Shown here: piece by piece, positions 27,987-42,051 of the stretch
Layout of the letters: every line of letters begins with the position of its first letter
Position numbering within the stretch: the stretch's first letter is position 1
Assembly (NCBI GenBank): GCA_012295275.1
Contig: CM022670.1
Location: 35,650,001 to 35,714,000 of the forward strand
DNA length: 64,000 nt
Origin: Chrysomallon squamiferum
Lineage: Eukaryota; Animalia; Mollusca
Reading direction: 5' to 3'
The notes under the pieces: model-generated
Seen by the model: only the letters and a program-made list of their open reading frames with translations
Told to the model about the DNA's origin: nothing
Database searches by the model: none
Translations under genes and position numbers: made by a program

Positions 27987-30706
27987 CTAATAGCTAGCTT
28001 TTCTCATCTTCGTCAGCAGTTCTTCAGCTCTGTCACATGACCAGCCTGCGCCTTTCAGAGGTCCCTGCACTGCCTTTATGTAACAGTTAAGTAAACAACT
28101 TCCTATGTCATTTACTGGAAAATCTGGCATCATGTCAAACAAACCTTCTTGAACAGATTCACAGAACCAGTAACACATCTCTCCACAGTACATCATAGCC
28201 AGTAAGTGTGTGTCTGTATAGATACCTGAGTAGCAGCAGTAAAATTATTAATGATAAATAATTTAATAAGTAAATTAATTAATATGATATTTAAATATAT
28301 TTGACTAACTCTTGTTATAAAAACATAAGTGTTTTTTTTTAATTAAAAAAAGCAAATAAGATACAAAAGCTGTGATGACTATTCAATAAGCTACTATAGG
28401 TATATGTTGATCAGCTGAATGAGATTAGTTTTTTGTCCTTCCCTTGGGCAGGAAAGCACAAATTACAACTTTCAGTAAACTAGCTATAAAAACTGATAAC
28501 AAGAAACTAATCATTCAGCCTGTGTGTCTGGTCCAAACAAATGGTAATAATTGAGTTAAGCTGTATTTGTTTCCAATATAATTAAGTTTCTAACTTTTAA
28601 GACATATATATCTAATATATATGAAAATCTAACAAATGTGTGGATTATGTTTTTTAAATTTATCATTTTTCTGTTTTGTATTTATTAAGAAACTGTAAAA
28701 TACAGAATGTATTTTATATATATATATATATGTTCACACACACACACACGTATATACATAAAGATTACAGAAATCCTTTTTTGCAGTTTGAGATATAACA
28801 TTACTAAAATGTTAAGTGTCATGGGTGTCAAAGTCTGCCTAAGAATGGCATTAAACATATTCTACATCTATCTTACCAAAATTCAAAAGTAAATACTGAC
28901 AAATCTTGAAAACCTAAAAGATGAAAAGGTAGCAGAAACCATCCCATCAATACCTGATTTACCCAATTAACAAAATAATTTTATTTAAATTTTTAAAGTT
29001 TTTAAAGGAAGAAATATTTTACTTGATGACATACTCTATATGTTTTAATCTGTTTTGCATTGTATTACAGGTATGTTTGAAGATCATACACATAATAAGA
29101 GCAGAAACCCACTTCTGACACGTAATTAGCATCAATGGAGATTTTTTTATGCAGTCTTTCAATAATCATTCAGAAGACATTTGCTGGAGTGGAAAATAAA
29201 ACACAGTGTGTGCTTTTGAGTTTGTGAAAACTGTGAGGTTTTAGTTGAGTTTGTGAAAACAGAGTTCAGGTGAGTTTGTGAAAACTGTGAGGTTTTAGTT
29301 GAGTTTGTGAAAACAGAGAGTTCGGGTTGGTTTGTGAAAACAGAGAGTTCAGGTGAGTTTGTAAAAACAGGGAGAGTTCTGGTGAGTTTGTGAAAACTGA
29401 AAGTGTTCAGGCGAGTTTGTAAAAACAGGGAGAGTTCTGGTGAGTTTGTGAAAACTGAAAGTGTTCAGGCAAGTTTGTAAAAACAGAGAGAGTTCAGGTG
29501 AGTTTGTTACAAACCTGATTTTATTAGCTGAAGAGTGTCATCAGTCTGAAGTTCACACCGAGATAATTCTTTGTGGTCAGAGCCACGAACATTTAGCATC
29601 TGTTTTAGATATGATATTCCATCATAAAGGTCCTTTAACAAAAGACAGAGAGAGAAAAAATGTGTAATATTAACTGATGCACTTTGTAGTGTAACCATTG
29701 AAATAAGAACAAATGGGCTAAAAACATATTACTTTGTGACATGATAATAAAGTACATCTATTAAATAATGGAAAACAGCATAAGCCACCATTTTTCCTTT
29801 CTAAAACAAATAACCTACACTGCAGCATTTCCATGTTTTCAGTCTGGGTGATTTTGTGTGTATATTTTTGTGTGTGTATGTGTGTTTGTGAAATAATATC
29901 CCAATATATTTTTAAACTCTCAGCCTCTACATATCTTAGCAATGTTGTTATATTATCAGTATTCTTTATTATCATCAAAGCTTGATCAAAACTTAGTGAA
30001 AATTTTGGTTAAAAGTTAAAAAATTAAAAGAAAGTTCCATAATTGGTCTGATTATTGGCACTATAAAATAGTTATTTATTCACTTATATTTTAAGACTAC
30101 GGGCTGGATATTTCACAAACATGGCTTAGTAAATAAAATACATTTTATTATTAATAGAGTGTGCACAAGGCAGTAAACAAACAAAAATAACAGTAGTTTT
30201 AAAATTAAGCAATGTTTAAGAATAATTATGATAATAATATACTAACTTGCCTGAATTCCTGAGAATATCTCTTGACGCGTTTTTTATCTGGAATCACTTG
30301 ATGGCAGTACATGTACAGCAGTGCACCTTTCCTCCACAAAATAACTTCAAATATTTCTACACCCAGAGTGTCAGCAGGCTAAAAGAAATAAAATCACCAA
30401 TTAATTAATTACATTACATTACATTACATTACATTACAAGGAAATAATCTTAAAATTGGTAATTGCTAAACGTTTAATTTTTATGTAAGAAAACATAATA
30501 ATAACCTAACAGAGATATAAACATTTAGTAAACTGAAAACATATCTTTATGTTTCCACTAGATTTTCTAATTAGAAAATTATATACCTCAACATCTGGAA
30601 AAGTTTTCTTGGCCACTGACAAAATGTTGTCAAAGTAATCTGTATATAAAAAAAATATATATATATATATTATGTATAGACACACACAAACACACACACA
30701 CACACA

Positions 30707-30738
<32 letters not shown>

Positions 30739-31442
30739 TTACTTTTACTACTTTAAAGGAAAATGGAGGATATATGTAAATACTGTTTCCATTATTATAT
30801 ACACTCACAATCTAAAAGTTTCAAAAGGTAAATATTTTTCTAATTCTCACATGGTTCTTGAAGTGATTCAAATTATGTTTTCAAAATATCAAAAATATTT
30901 TATTTGGTTATATGAGATAAATAAAAAGAATTTAAATTTTCAATATTTCAAATTGTAAAATGTGTTGTTGTGGTTGTTGTTAAAGCCACATATATAAAAC
31001 ACCATTATTCATTTGCATCCATTTTTGAAATAAGTTATTTTTCTTTTATGTTCAAGGAATTCTAAACTCACTCACTGAAAATATTTCTTATTCTGGTTTT
31101 GGCTGTTTGCTCAGGAAAATCTTCTTCCACAAGTTGGGTTTCATCAATGTATGTAAAGTCTAACACTATCTGCAATTAATGATAATTAATTAAAAAAAAA
31201 AAAATTATATGAATTTCACGCAGCTAATGGTTTAAAAGAAAGAAAAAAAAATGAATATCTAAATAATAATTATTCAAACTGTACTATGTTTGAAAACATT
31301 AAAATATAAGATTACTAAAGGCAGATAATTCACATAGTTGTATCAGCAATTAATAGTAAATTTACTCATTATGTGTACTGCATTATATTTTTGATTTGTT
31401 TTTAATTTTTGGTGACTTTTTATTTATTTGAGGCTGCTGTTC

Positions 31443-31495
<53 letters not shown>

Positions 31496-31799
31496 GGAAA
31501 TCTCAGCACAAAATTAAGGGTTTTTGGATTTTAAAAACCAAAATTAGATCTGATATCATTTACCTGAGCATATTCCTGAATAATTTGTTTAGCTATTTCT
31601 TCACCACTTGCTTTTAAGTTAAACTGTTCTGTTTTGTCTCTAAGCTTTCTGCACTTGGTCTTGCATAATTCATAGGCCTGATGCCCTTCATCTTTTATTG
31701 AAAATGGAATTAAAGTAGATTATTTTAATCATCAGTAAATAATTTTTAATTTGAGACACTAGCAAAAAAAACATAATAATAATAAAAAAAAACAATTAA

Positions 31800-31844
<45 letters not shown>

Positions 31845-32174
31845 AGATCAAACGACTGAATTTAATATAAATCTAATAAAATCCTTTGCAATGTAAGGGA
31901 AGTAATTCTGTCCTGATCTGGAAGTGGTAGCAGTTCATACTTATAGTTATAAAAGAACCACGCCCACTTTGTGTAATCATACATCTATTTGTGTAAATAT
32001 ACACTGTTGGCTTAACAAAACTAACACATCTTTTCTAGGTGCTTCATTTGTTAAATTAAAGTGAAAATTCTCACCGGACGATGAGCTGTTACATTTAATC
32101 ATAAAATCACTGAAAGTTTTTACGGCAAATGTCAAATCAACAATGCCAGACAAATCATTTGTGGAGGCAGCCAT
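27987..32174 (-). CDS. RIMOC1: RAB7A-interacting MON1-CCZ1 complex subunit 1 (C5orf51 homolog)
   Basis: Seven phase-compatible exons: 32174-32075, 31691-31564, 31169-31076, 30639-30587, 30378-30247, 29632-29515, 28225-27987. Motifs match C5orf51: LDFTYIDETQLVEEDFPE, WRKGALLYMYCH, DGISYLKQMLN, GIYTDTHLLAMMYCGEMCYW, GPLKGAGW. Confidence 0.92.
29005..29200 (-). mobile_element. Degenerate inverted SINE copy (same family as 2551-2867)
   Basis: aaaggaagaaatattttacttgatgacatact...gaaaccc...attagc...agattttttatgca mirrors the reverse complement of the SINE 3' half. Confidence 0.5.
29217..29507. repeat. ~27-29-bp minisatellite (tgagtttgtgaaaacagagagttcagg), about 10 copies
   Basis: Tandem units with alternating variants; abuts the donor of RIMOC1 exon 29632-29515. 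Confidence 0.9.
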
Positions 32175-32292
32175 CTTTATTTCGCTTTGGGTAAATTCCA
32201 CCAGATAAACATGACTTAAAATAGAAGGAAAAATAAAAACTATAATCATAATATTGAATTAAAAACAACGACAACAACAACCACAAAATAAA

Positions 32293-32339
<47 letters not shown>

Positions 32340-34222
32340 AATAAATAAATAATTTAATCTATTCCACCATAATTTTTTTAAATATTTTATATTTAATATC
32401 TTACAGGAATTGCCAGGAATTTATTTTTATAATTTATTTTCATAAAATTAAGAAAACATATTTCTCTATGGGTAATTCAGTTATCTGTTTGTTTATTTAT
32501 TTAAATATATACAATCATGTTCTTTTAGGTCCCTTTTTCCTCATTATATAAATAAAATCATTTGCTAAATTTTACCGTTGAAAAGGGAAAATCTGGCATT
32601 GTATAAATTAATAAAGACATTATAATAATGCGTTACTGCTTCATAAAATAATAGTTATGATAATTATCGAAACTAATTAATTTCATTTAATTTACTACAG
32701 TATCTTAATTACTAGCTAGCGGTATTTGGGTGGGGGTATTTTGAAAAAATAAAAGATCAAGCTATTTTAGATTACCCTGTTAAAAAAAAAAAAAATAATA
32801 ATGAAAAAAAAAAAAAGAACTGTAAGCGAGATACAGTATTGTGTTTCCTGTGAACTTCGACTTGTTATTATTAATTTTAAGAAATACAAGTAATTAATAT
32901 CTACTAACATTCACTTACATTCATTTAATAAAACGGAATACTGACGTATCTAAGAATGTCGTATATCATGGCTTTTAATATCGACTGCACAGGCTTTTGA
33001 CAGTCTTCAGATCTGAAATTTCACAATGCTCTTGTGTAATACTACATAAATATTTTTAAAAATACTTTCGTTGTTATTATTCAAGTGTATCTAGCCACGC
33101 CCACAAAACAAACGGATAAACGACTCTATATCAAAGCTGACAGCCTCAAGAATAATAGATATTTCAGTGCTGGGATATCTCTGTCAACAGATCAACAGGA
33201 ATTACAAGTCTCGAGGCGTGAGAAAAAGTCGTGACACACACAACCTCTTATCAGTCTATTACTTTATATAATAAAACGTACTGTAATAAAAAGTCATAAA
33301 AGCAGCAGGGGTTTGATGTTATTACGCGACTCCATTATCCTTCTTCTTCATAATAAAATTTATTTCATCTTGAAAACAATATCCACCAAATAAATAACAA
33401 ATCCCTAATCTAAAGTCCTGCAGAAGTCCCATTATAATGTTATTCTGAGTTTCGTTGTGTGTATATGCAAATGTAAAGTTAAATGGTAGAGACGCACATC
33501 TTTATTCATTTTAAGAAGAGCTATTAAGTTATTCAGGGGTATATTGCATTTCGTTTTACATCACTTAATACGTCTTTCGTTTTACTTTTTATATTATTTT
33601 CTATTTTGTATTTATTTTTGTATTTTAATTTTTATTGTTATTTTATTGTTATTATTTGTTAGGTTTGCTTTGTTCTTTATCTGATTTGTTGTTGTTTTTA
33701 TAACATTCTTTCAACCAGAAATATAAAAATGGTAAAGAAATGGAAGGAAACAGTTTGAAATATTATTTGTTTATTAAATAAATATGATTACATTCCACGA
33801 AAGATATGGTACCTTTTATGATACTGAACACATCAGGTTTCATTCATACACTCGCATTTGTATACAGTGGCTAATAAAAAACACACTTCGCTTACAAAGT
33901 CTGATATATTCTCAAACAATATAACGCAATTATATACATAAACCCAGTTAATATATGAAATGCACTTTTTATTTATAAAAACGTTCTTAAATAATATTAT
34001 AAATCAAACTGAAGCTTGAAGCTAGCCTCATGAACGGTATTTTATTTTTATTGCATTTAATGTCCAGCATTTAATATAAACCTTGTAGAATTGCATTTAA
34101 AACACACAGATATTGCACATTATATTATATTATGTTTCAGAAACAATTTAAATTTGTAAAAAAAAAAAAAAAATGGGATGGGGAATGCTCGAAAATATAT
34201 GTAAATCTGTTTATGTACAAAA

Positions 34223-35317
34223 TCAGACCATTTCTTCTTTTAGTGAGACACCAGAGTCATTCAGATCGTTGTTGTCATCGTCAACGTCGCCTCCAATTTC
34301 AACTGTTGAATCACTCTCTGCATCATTTTGATTGTGAGAGGTAACATTTTCATATGATGACACTAGACGTTGCTGAGAATTAGCATTTGAATCAATTAAA
34401 ATCTCATCACCGGTTATTTTTTCTTGCGATTTAACTCTTGTCTCTGTCTTATCACCTCTGTTTACTACCGCCTCGTTCCCGTCTCCATTACTGGCAATGC
34501 TGCTTGTTCTTTCCGGATCCCAGTCTATCACAAATTCCGACTGGGCATCAACATCTTCCACATCACTTCCGGCTTCGTACAGTGAGAGATTGAGGTCTTC
34601 TAAAGAAGGAGGTTCTGGTTTCAGAACAAATGCAACTTTCATACTAGAAACGTACTCCTTAGCTGACTCCTCACACGTACTTATGGCAGAAGCATATTCA
34701 CTCGTCCGTCCAAAATCTGCTTCATTTAAAGCAATTGTAAATCGAACACTGGATTGCACTTTCATTTCTAAAGGCGTAATATTTTCGTTTTTTAATGTAC
34801 TGGCCATAACGGTTTCCTCGTAAAATGCACTGTCAAGTTGCAACGTGCCAGTGAAAGAATAACTAAGAGCTGGAGGATCACCATATACATGCCTAACGAT
34901 TGCTGGAAACTGGTATTCTCCTTCATGTGCCAGCTGCCATATTCTCACTAAACCCTGAGGATTTTTGTCCTTTTTGTCAAATACCTCGTACATTATTGCT
35001 CTGTTTTTGAAATGAATCAAAATTTCGTCTTTCTTCTCGTCAAGGCATTTTAACAATTTTCGACATTTACCAGCAGAAGGGAAATGCTCCATAAGTACAG
35101 GGTCGCCTTCGCAGACTGCGATTTTAGTAAGAACCTCTCCGGGGCAGATATCGGAATAGACGTATTGGGTATCGCCATCAGGGCCGGGGGTTATAATTAG
35201 GGCTGGAAGTTCTGTTGTGACGAGGAAACTGCGCCCTGGACAGTTAGCTACGTCTTCTATTCTAGTGAGTCGTGGAGGAATTCCAGACTGCGAGCGAACG
35301 ACGCTGAACCAACCTGC

Positions 35318-35382
<65 letters not shown>

Positions 35383-37290
35383 ATATAATATGATTATTAA
35401 TACGAATGAGAAAACAGAAAAATACACTGAAAATATGAGAAAATACACTTATAATAATCACTTATAATATTAATCTGTAAAGTTCCAGTAATCTTTAACC
35501 TTTACATAGAGAAAATATAGAAAATTATTTGTTTAATTTTTTTTTTTTTCGTTTTATTTTTATTTTTATTTATTTATTTATTTTTATTATTATTATTTTT
35601 TTTTTTTGTTGTTGTTTATTGCTTTTGCTTTTGTTTTTAGTTTACTTTTTTTTGTTTTGTTGCTATTTTTTTTTTTTTTATATCTATTATTATTATTTAT
35701 TTTTATTTTTTATTGTATTTTAATTTAGTTTTATTGGAAAACAGACATGGCAATATATTTTAATATCAGTAGTTATTATATGTCAGTCGTATTATATTTT
35801 CTAATAATTATAATGATAATATGAGAAAACAAAGAACATGGGGAAGTTGCAATGCCACTATTGGAACATAAACTTTAAATGGAACTAGCCAGTGTCCCAA
35901 AAACTGAACTACAGCCCCCTCCTGCTATGTTTGGATGAGTAATTCTACAGTACATGTAATATTTTAGTATTGGAAATAAATTTTATTTTATTCCAGATAA
36001 GAAATCTAAGAGTTAGAATTCGCCTTTCAAAACATAGGCTTTAATAATAATTAAATTAAACTACAACTCAAAGAAAAGAATGTAGGAGACATGTTACATT
36101 TAACCTTAATATCAATTGTTTTGATGTTTTATTTCTCCTTTTGTTTGTTTGTTTGTTTATTATAATTATTATTGTTGTGGTTTGTCCAAGTTGTTGAAAC
36201 TTATTTCTGGGCTGACTGTTTAGGAAACTGTAAGGTTAGCTTTATACCTTTCATAATTCATTTGACTTGACACATTAATTCAAATCCTGTTTTAAACACT
36301 GACGTGTCGCTGTACCACGACCTGGCTGTTGATGTATGGTGTTTTGAGGCTATTCGTTATTGAAGCTTCTTAACATCATAACTTTTGTTTTGACATTCTT
36401 TACTATTCATCACTGACACGAACAATAGTTTTGCTTCCAGATCAGGGATTGTTGTCGTATCCAGGTATTATTACTTAGCAGGTGAAGTAGACACACATCA
36501 CTTAACACATATTCCCAAGCCATTTCAGTCATTGGATTTAACTAGCACGACGAACAAAAGCTAAAAACATCCCAAGTATGTCATTATGGTGGCGAGAATT
36601 ATCTTGTATACACACACAGATAAAAAGAAACATAAGATTCGTAACACTGATGTTCATTCATATGTGTCCAAGCCATTCTTATAACCAGTGTTACTCTGTA
36701 ATTTTCATATTTTACAACAGCTTACTCTAGTTATTAATTAAACTGATCATTAAGATTTTTTTTTCCACTGGTAATTAAATGCCCGAAAATAATATATTTC
36801 ACATTCGATCACTCTTGGCTTTAAACAGGAGACGGAATCGAACTTAAATGTAAAAGGAAAAAATAGAACTTATTAGAAATTATTTATTAAAAAGTAATTA
36901 CTTGCATCTGTTTAAATAAATAAAAGTATATATATATATATATATACGGACACACATACACGTAACTTTTACTTACCATCATAATCTTCTGGAATAATAA
37001 TTGGAGGGCCAAACTTATTGAACTGATGTTTATTTCTATCGAATTTTAAACTTTTTGCTTTCACTTTACGAACCACCCTTTTGCTGTAGAGTAAAAGTGG
37101 TTGGTTGAGATCGAATTTAAACTGATTCCAGATGACAGTGCAAGAGTCTGTAACACTTCCGTACAACACGAGGCAATCTGAACTTCTTCGTAATTTCAGC
37201 TAGCGTGTAGGACTGAGTACTCCATTGATACTCGACTTCATCCGAGGTAGACAAACCTCCTTTAGCTCCCAACTTTTTCGAGAGGCCCAT
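34223..37290 (-). CDS. CABIT-domain protein (Themis/GAREM/Serrano-like); exon 1 frameshifted in this sequence, possible pseudogene
   Basis: Exon 1 37290-36977: MGLSKK...EYQWSTQSYTLAEITKKFRLPRVVR, then in the +1 frame DSCTVIWNQFKFDLNQPLLLYSKRVVRKVKAKSL...GPPIIIPEDYD G|gtaagt. Exon 2 35313-34223: ttgcag|GWFSVV...ICPGEVLT...LLKCLDEKKDEILIHFKNRAIMYEV...FPAIVRHVYGDPP, then an acidic tail. LP.VV, IP.DY.GWF and L.C.D....I are CABIT-type motifs as I recall them. Confidence 0.75.
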
Positions 37291-38305
37291 AACGTAGATA
37301 ACGTAGATGGTACGTTTTTTTCACTGTCAAACATTTGAAATACAAGGAAATACTGAAGTACAAGTCATGTTAAAATGTGTAGTTCACTTCCATGACTTGA
37401 TATACGTAGAGCCTTCTGGTCATTGTTACACTGCGCTTTGATAAAGGCTATGAATCAGACGGTATCTAACATCGTGGCTCATAGCGTTCTAGCTGTGATG
37501 AACTCCGATCCACTTTCTGTAACAATATCCCACTGTGTTATGACGTATAGCCCACCTTGGGCGATTCGACACAATAAAGCGTCTGTTACAACACAATAAA
37601 ATGAACAGCAAAACCTTTTGAAAACAGTCTTCCTGGTTTTTCCGCCTTAAAATGAACCGAGCATCAGTTTAAATGTTAGCCACAAAATTATTCGAAATAA
37701 TTTATGTTTGTTCCAGGCGAATGAACACCCGACACCTTGAATATCTGGCAACTGTTGCTGTTAACATACCTTGAGGGTACATTGCTTGTTCTGTGGCCAG
37801 CAAAAACAATATTTCGTTTTCCCACCCTTACCTCAGTGTAATGGTATTTCAGCTATTGTCCCGTCTGTTTACACTCTAGCTGAAAGTCAATGTTTACTTT
37901 TTAAGATCGCTCATTTCAATAATAGTCACATTCTTTATTCACAGAAAATATGTAATCGGACACTTAAGAAAATAAGTCTGCAGTGTATGATTTAAACAGC
38001 ATGCTATCTCCTGCCTTAAATATCTTTATTCTCAAACATAATGCCGTAATAATAATAATAATATAAAATTTCAAGTAAAAGTGTTTTGTATACTTTAGAT
38101 TAGTTCTACGTATCTGTACGACAGTATAAAACGTTAAAACTGAAGAACAGTTAAGAATAAATAAAAATAAAAATAAAAGATTTCTTCTGTCAATAAAAAT
38201 ACTTATAGAAAAACACAAACGATATCTTTTGCCGTCATTATTTAACAAATAGAATAAAAAAAAAAAAAAAAAAATTCTGTGCAGTTATATTCGTTATTTA
38301 ATACT

Positions 38306-38368
<63 letters not shown>

Positions 38369-39020
38369 ACAAATATCCATTAACATATTAAACCGGAAAT
38401 ATAAGTAAAATATATTTTTTTTTCACAAATATTTAATAGCTTCTAAATATTATTTAAATATAATTTATAATTTTTGTTTTTAATTATTGAACGATGTTTG
38501 TGTAGAAATAATTAATAAAACAAAAACTGAGATTTAATTCAAAAGCTGAAAAGGTTTTAAATTTTTTATTTTAATGGGTTTATTTCACAGGATTAGTTAA
38601 GATCAATAAAATAAAATAATGAATTTGATCAATAATTTTAAAATATTCCAATTGCGTTAAATCAAATATTTCTTTCTTATAAAGCAGATAACTAACAACA
38701 ACAACAGCCAGATAGATAGACAGACAAATAGATTGATACATAGGAAAATAACCGAAATGTTAAAATTATGGCCAAACATGTTTCGCATTTTCTGCTTGCT
38801 CTGTATTAATTATACATATTGGCAGTTACAAATTAATTTTAAATTCTGTATTGTTTCCAGCAATCGGTACCGTACGGTAAAAGTTGGCCAGGTGCCCAAT
38901 GGGCTATTTCCCTATGAAATCGTTGTTCCACAACTGTCGTTGGATTTCCGATGATCTTTTCATGATTATGTATGAAAACCGATATTCCACAGAATAATTA
39001 ATTGATTATCACAATATAAA

Positions 39021-39062
<42 letters not shown>

Positions 39063-39247
39063 TTAATTTCATTTTTAATTTCAGTTAATTCTTGTGAATA
39101 CCCGTTTACATTTGAAAAATTCTTTATATAATGAATACAATGAATATAACAACTTTTAATATATAACGCTTTTTTTGTTCTTTTATTGTTCTTTTTTATT
39201 TTTTTTTATTTTTTTTTATTATTATTATTTTTTTTTTTTTTTTTTTT

Positions 39248-39346
39248 TGCACTATCTTTAGCAGACTTCCTATTTCATGATGTAATATGAGAAAATCATT
39301 TCCTAAAAGAGGCAAACAATATGTATTCACTAATAGGAATTATGAA
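39248..39346 (+). repeat. 99-bp direct repeat, copy A (upstream of the TauD-like gene)
   Basis: Aligns without gaps to 43014-43112; shared core atttcatg.t.taatatgagaaaa.catttcctaaaaga. Confidence 0.85.
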
Positions 39347-39591
39347 TTATGATATTCCAGTGAGTAATTAACAAGAACAATAAATAAATAAATAAATAAA
39401 TAAATAAAATACGTTAAAAACGTGATTTGTTGGAATGTCGTCAGAGTTATGGTACTTGATAAACAAGGGAGATAACCATGTAATACAATAGGTATTCCAG
39501 CGGAAACTAGTTTACACATAAAGTGTTTGACATTTCCTATAATTAGCGTTTATTGTTGTATTCTTTTATGTTTATACAGAAACCAGTTCGC

Positions 39592-42051
39592 ATGATAATA
39601 TTTAAGAATGCGCTATCTTATTTTCGGAGTAAACGATTCCAAGTTTGTTCGTTTATCGGAAGTCTTTTGCTGTTAAGGAAAATAAGTATGGCTTCAAAGC
39701 CTGCTGCTTGTGACATTGCAGGTAAAGACAGACTAGTTTTGGGAAAGGAAATTCGAGATATAAATTTAAATGAAGACGTCCCTGAAAAAGTTATAGAACA
39801 GATCAAAAGAGATGTTCATATATACAGAATGCTGATTTTTAAAAATCAAGGTCAGGTCAATGGAAAAAGACATGTAGAAATAAGTAAATGGTTTGGCGAA
39901 CTGGAATCGACATTTTACAAACATCCACGTTCTCCGCATGAAGATGTTTTCCGTGTGTCGAACGACGAGGACGAAGGTTGTAGAGGTGTTGGAAGGACAG
40001 GGTGGCATATTGATGGAAGTTTTATGCGTGCTCCGTTCGCATTTGCTTTGTATCACATGTTTAGTGTTCCCAAGAGTGGCGATACAGGTATATTGAGTTA
40101 AACAATAATTATCAAAATAATGATAATCATAAAATAAAAAAATTGATACTATTTGATATATGTAGTATTTTTCTAATTAATAACTTAATAATTTCTTATA
40201 CATACCATGACAACTCTGTCCTGTGCTGTCACTGGGACTGATTATCTGTTGACAGTGTTGTGATTACCTTAAGATGATGGTAGGCATACAAATAAAATGA
40301 AGTACAAATATTATTTTTTCTTTCTTTTTTTCCCCACAGAAGCAGGAACTTACTGTCCTGCTTGAACCAAACTGATTGGTGATTTTAGGTCTGTGAAAAG
40401 TTTTCTTATTTCTTGATGGTTTATGGGGGAGGATAGGATTAACAGCAGAATTTGAGGGTTGAAAACCTTTTTATACGTGATTCATATTTCCAGATAGGTT
40501 TTAAAAAGCAATACTGCAATATTTCTGGAAATGATATACATCCCATGAGAATTTAAAGCTATACTTTTATGAAAAATTTGCATTTGACAAGAGTGGGTTT
40601 CAGTAACACTTATACAGATTTATTATTATTTTATTAATTTTGACTGAGTGTGTGTGTGTGTATAAATATATATATATATATTAAATTTATTAAAGGTTCA
40701 ATTACTGTTTATAACTATTTTGTTTAAATATATTCTTTAGTCGGGTTCTACTTTAATATTGTTCAGAATTTCTATTTATGTGTTAATTTTCTTCCCACAG
40801 CATTTATACCACTAAAAGAACTCATTGAAAGCCTCAGTCCAGAAACAAGAGAAAGATGGGAACAATTATGGATGGTTAGTGATCGGCGGTCAAATATCAT
40901 CCATCCTCTCATCTACCCACACCCAGTAACAGGTCATCCAGTATGTAAAATAAAAAATATATATAAATATACACATACACACACAAAAACACACTCATGA
41001 AGTTTTGGAGGGGTTAAACATAAATTAATTTTATTTAACAATTAATTATAATTGCTTTGAACATCTAAATATTTTACATTATTAAAAAGTTATTTCTAAC
41101 AATTGTAAATAAAATATATATATATAAATAAACACATATACACACAAAAACACACTCATGGAGTTTTGGAGGGGTTAAACATAAATTTAAATTAATTTAA
41201 TTAATGTAAGTTAAAATTATATTACTGAAAATGCTTATAAAAGTTAAATACCTAATTTAAACCTTATTAAAAGTGACAAGTTTAAATATTGTAGACCATG
41301 TGCTTTCACCTTGGAATGATTGAAGGATTTGTTTGGAATTATGGTACGAAGGAACAGAGATTTACAGACTGGCCTGAAACAGCACAAATCCTTAGAGAGA
41401 TATATAAAGAAATTGTTAAAGATAATGGACGATTGATTTATTCCCATAAGGTAAAAAAAGTGCATTCTTCAAAATATAAATCAGATTCCTGTATAAAATT
41501 TAATTTATATTAATTAACTGTTGTGTAAATTTAAATATAAAGTATTATGAAGTGTAATCTAAAGTTTATTCTTACAAATAGACAATACACTTTATTATCA
41601 AATAATTATAATAAAATTACTTCAAAGGACTTTCCTTATTCAGATTTTTATTTCTTTTTTCTTATAATTTTTCTTTTTTTTTTTTTCTATTTTATTTTAT
41701 TTTATTTTTTTGATGTTGAAGAGGGCATGATAAAATATATGAGAGAAATTAAAGAAAGAAAACACATTTTAATCATGACATTGTTTAAACATATTCTCAT
41801 GCATTAAAATAAATTGTCTATTGTAACTGTTTTTAATTGTTTACAAACTTCATCAAAATTTCTCCATTGTTTTTAATCAGTGGGAAGTTGGTGACTTCAT
41901 TATATCAGATAATTTGTCAGTGGGTCATGAGGCAACCCCAGAAACTCAGTTTCCAGTATCTGAAGTTGGTCTCCGAATTCTTCACAGAACAACAGTTCGA
42001 GGAACAAACTACCCTTCAAAATCTAACAAAAATGTCTGCAGCAGCAATTAG
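39592..42051 (+). CDS. TauD/TfdA-family Fe(II)/2-oxoglutarate-dependent dioxygenase
   Basis: Exons 39592 (or ATG 39688)-40087, 40801-40940, 41295-41450, 41881-42051, all phase-compatible. Motifs: LGKEIRDINL, LIFKNQ, WHIDGSF (HxD), GDT.F, HPLIYPHPVTG, HKWEVGDFIISDNLSVGH (distal His) and R.LHRTT. Confidence 0.9.
40955..41190. repeat. Local ~75-bp direct duplication in TauD-like intron 2
   Basis: cacacaaaaacacactcatg(a/g)agttttggaggggttaaacataaatt occurs near 40980-41026 and 41141-41187. Confidence 0.85.

Noticed and set aside
30247-30251. GC-AG donor (AG|gcaagt) in RIMOC1
   Set aside because: The canonical gttagt donor 4 nt away gives the phase 0 needed by the next exon.
35314-35461. Hydrophobic poly-Ile N-terminus of the 412-aa ORF as a signal or transmembrane segment
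   Set aside because: It is an intronic (ATT)n run upstream of the ttgcag acceptor at 35314.
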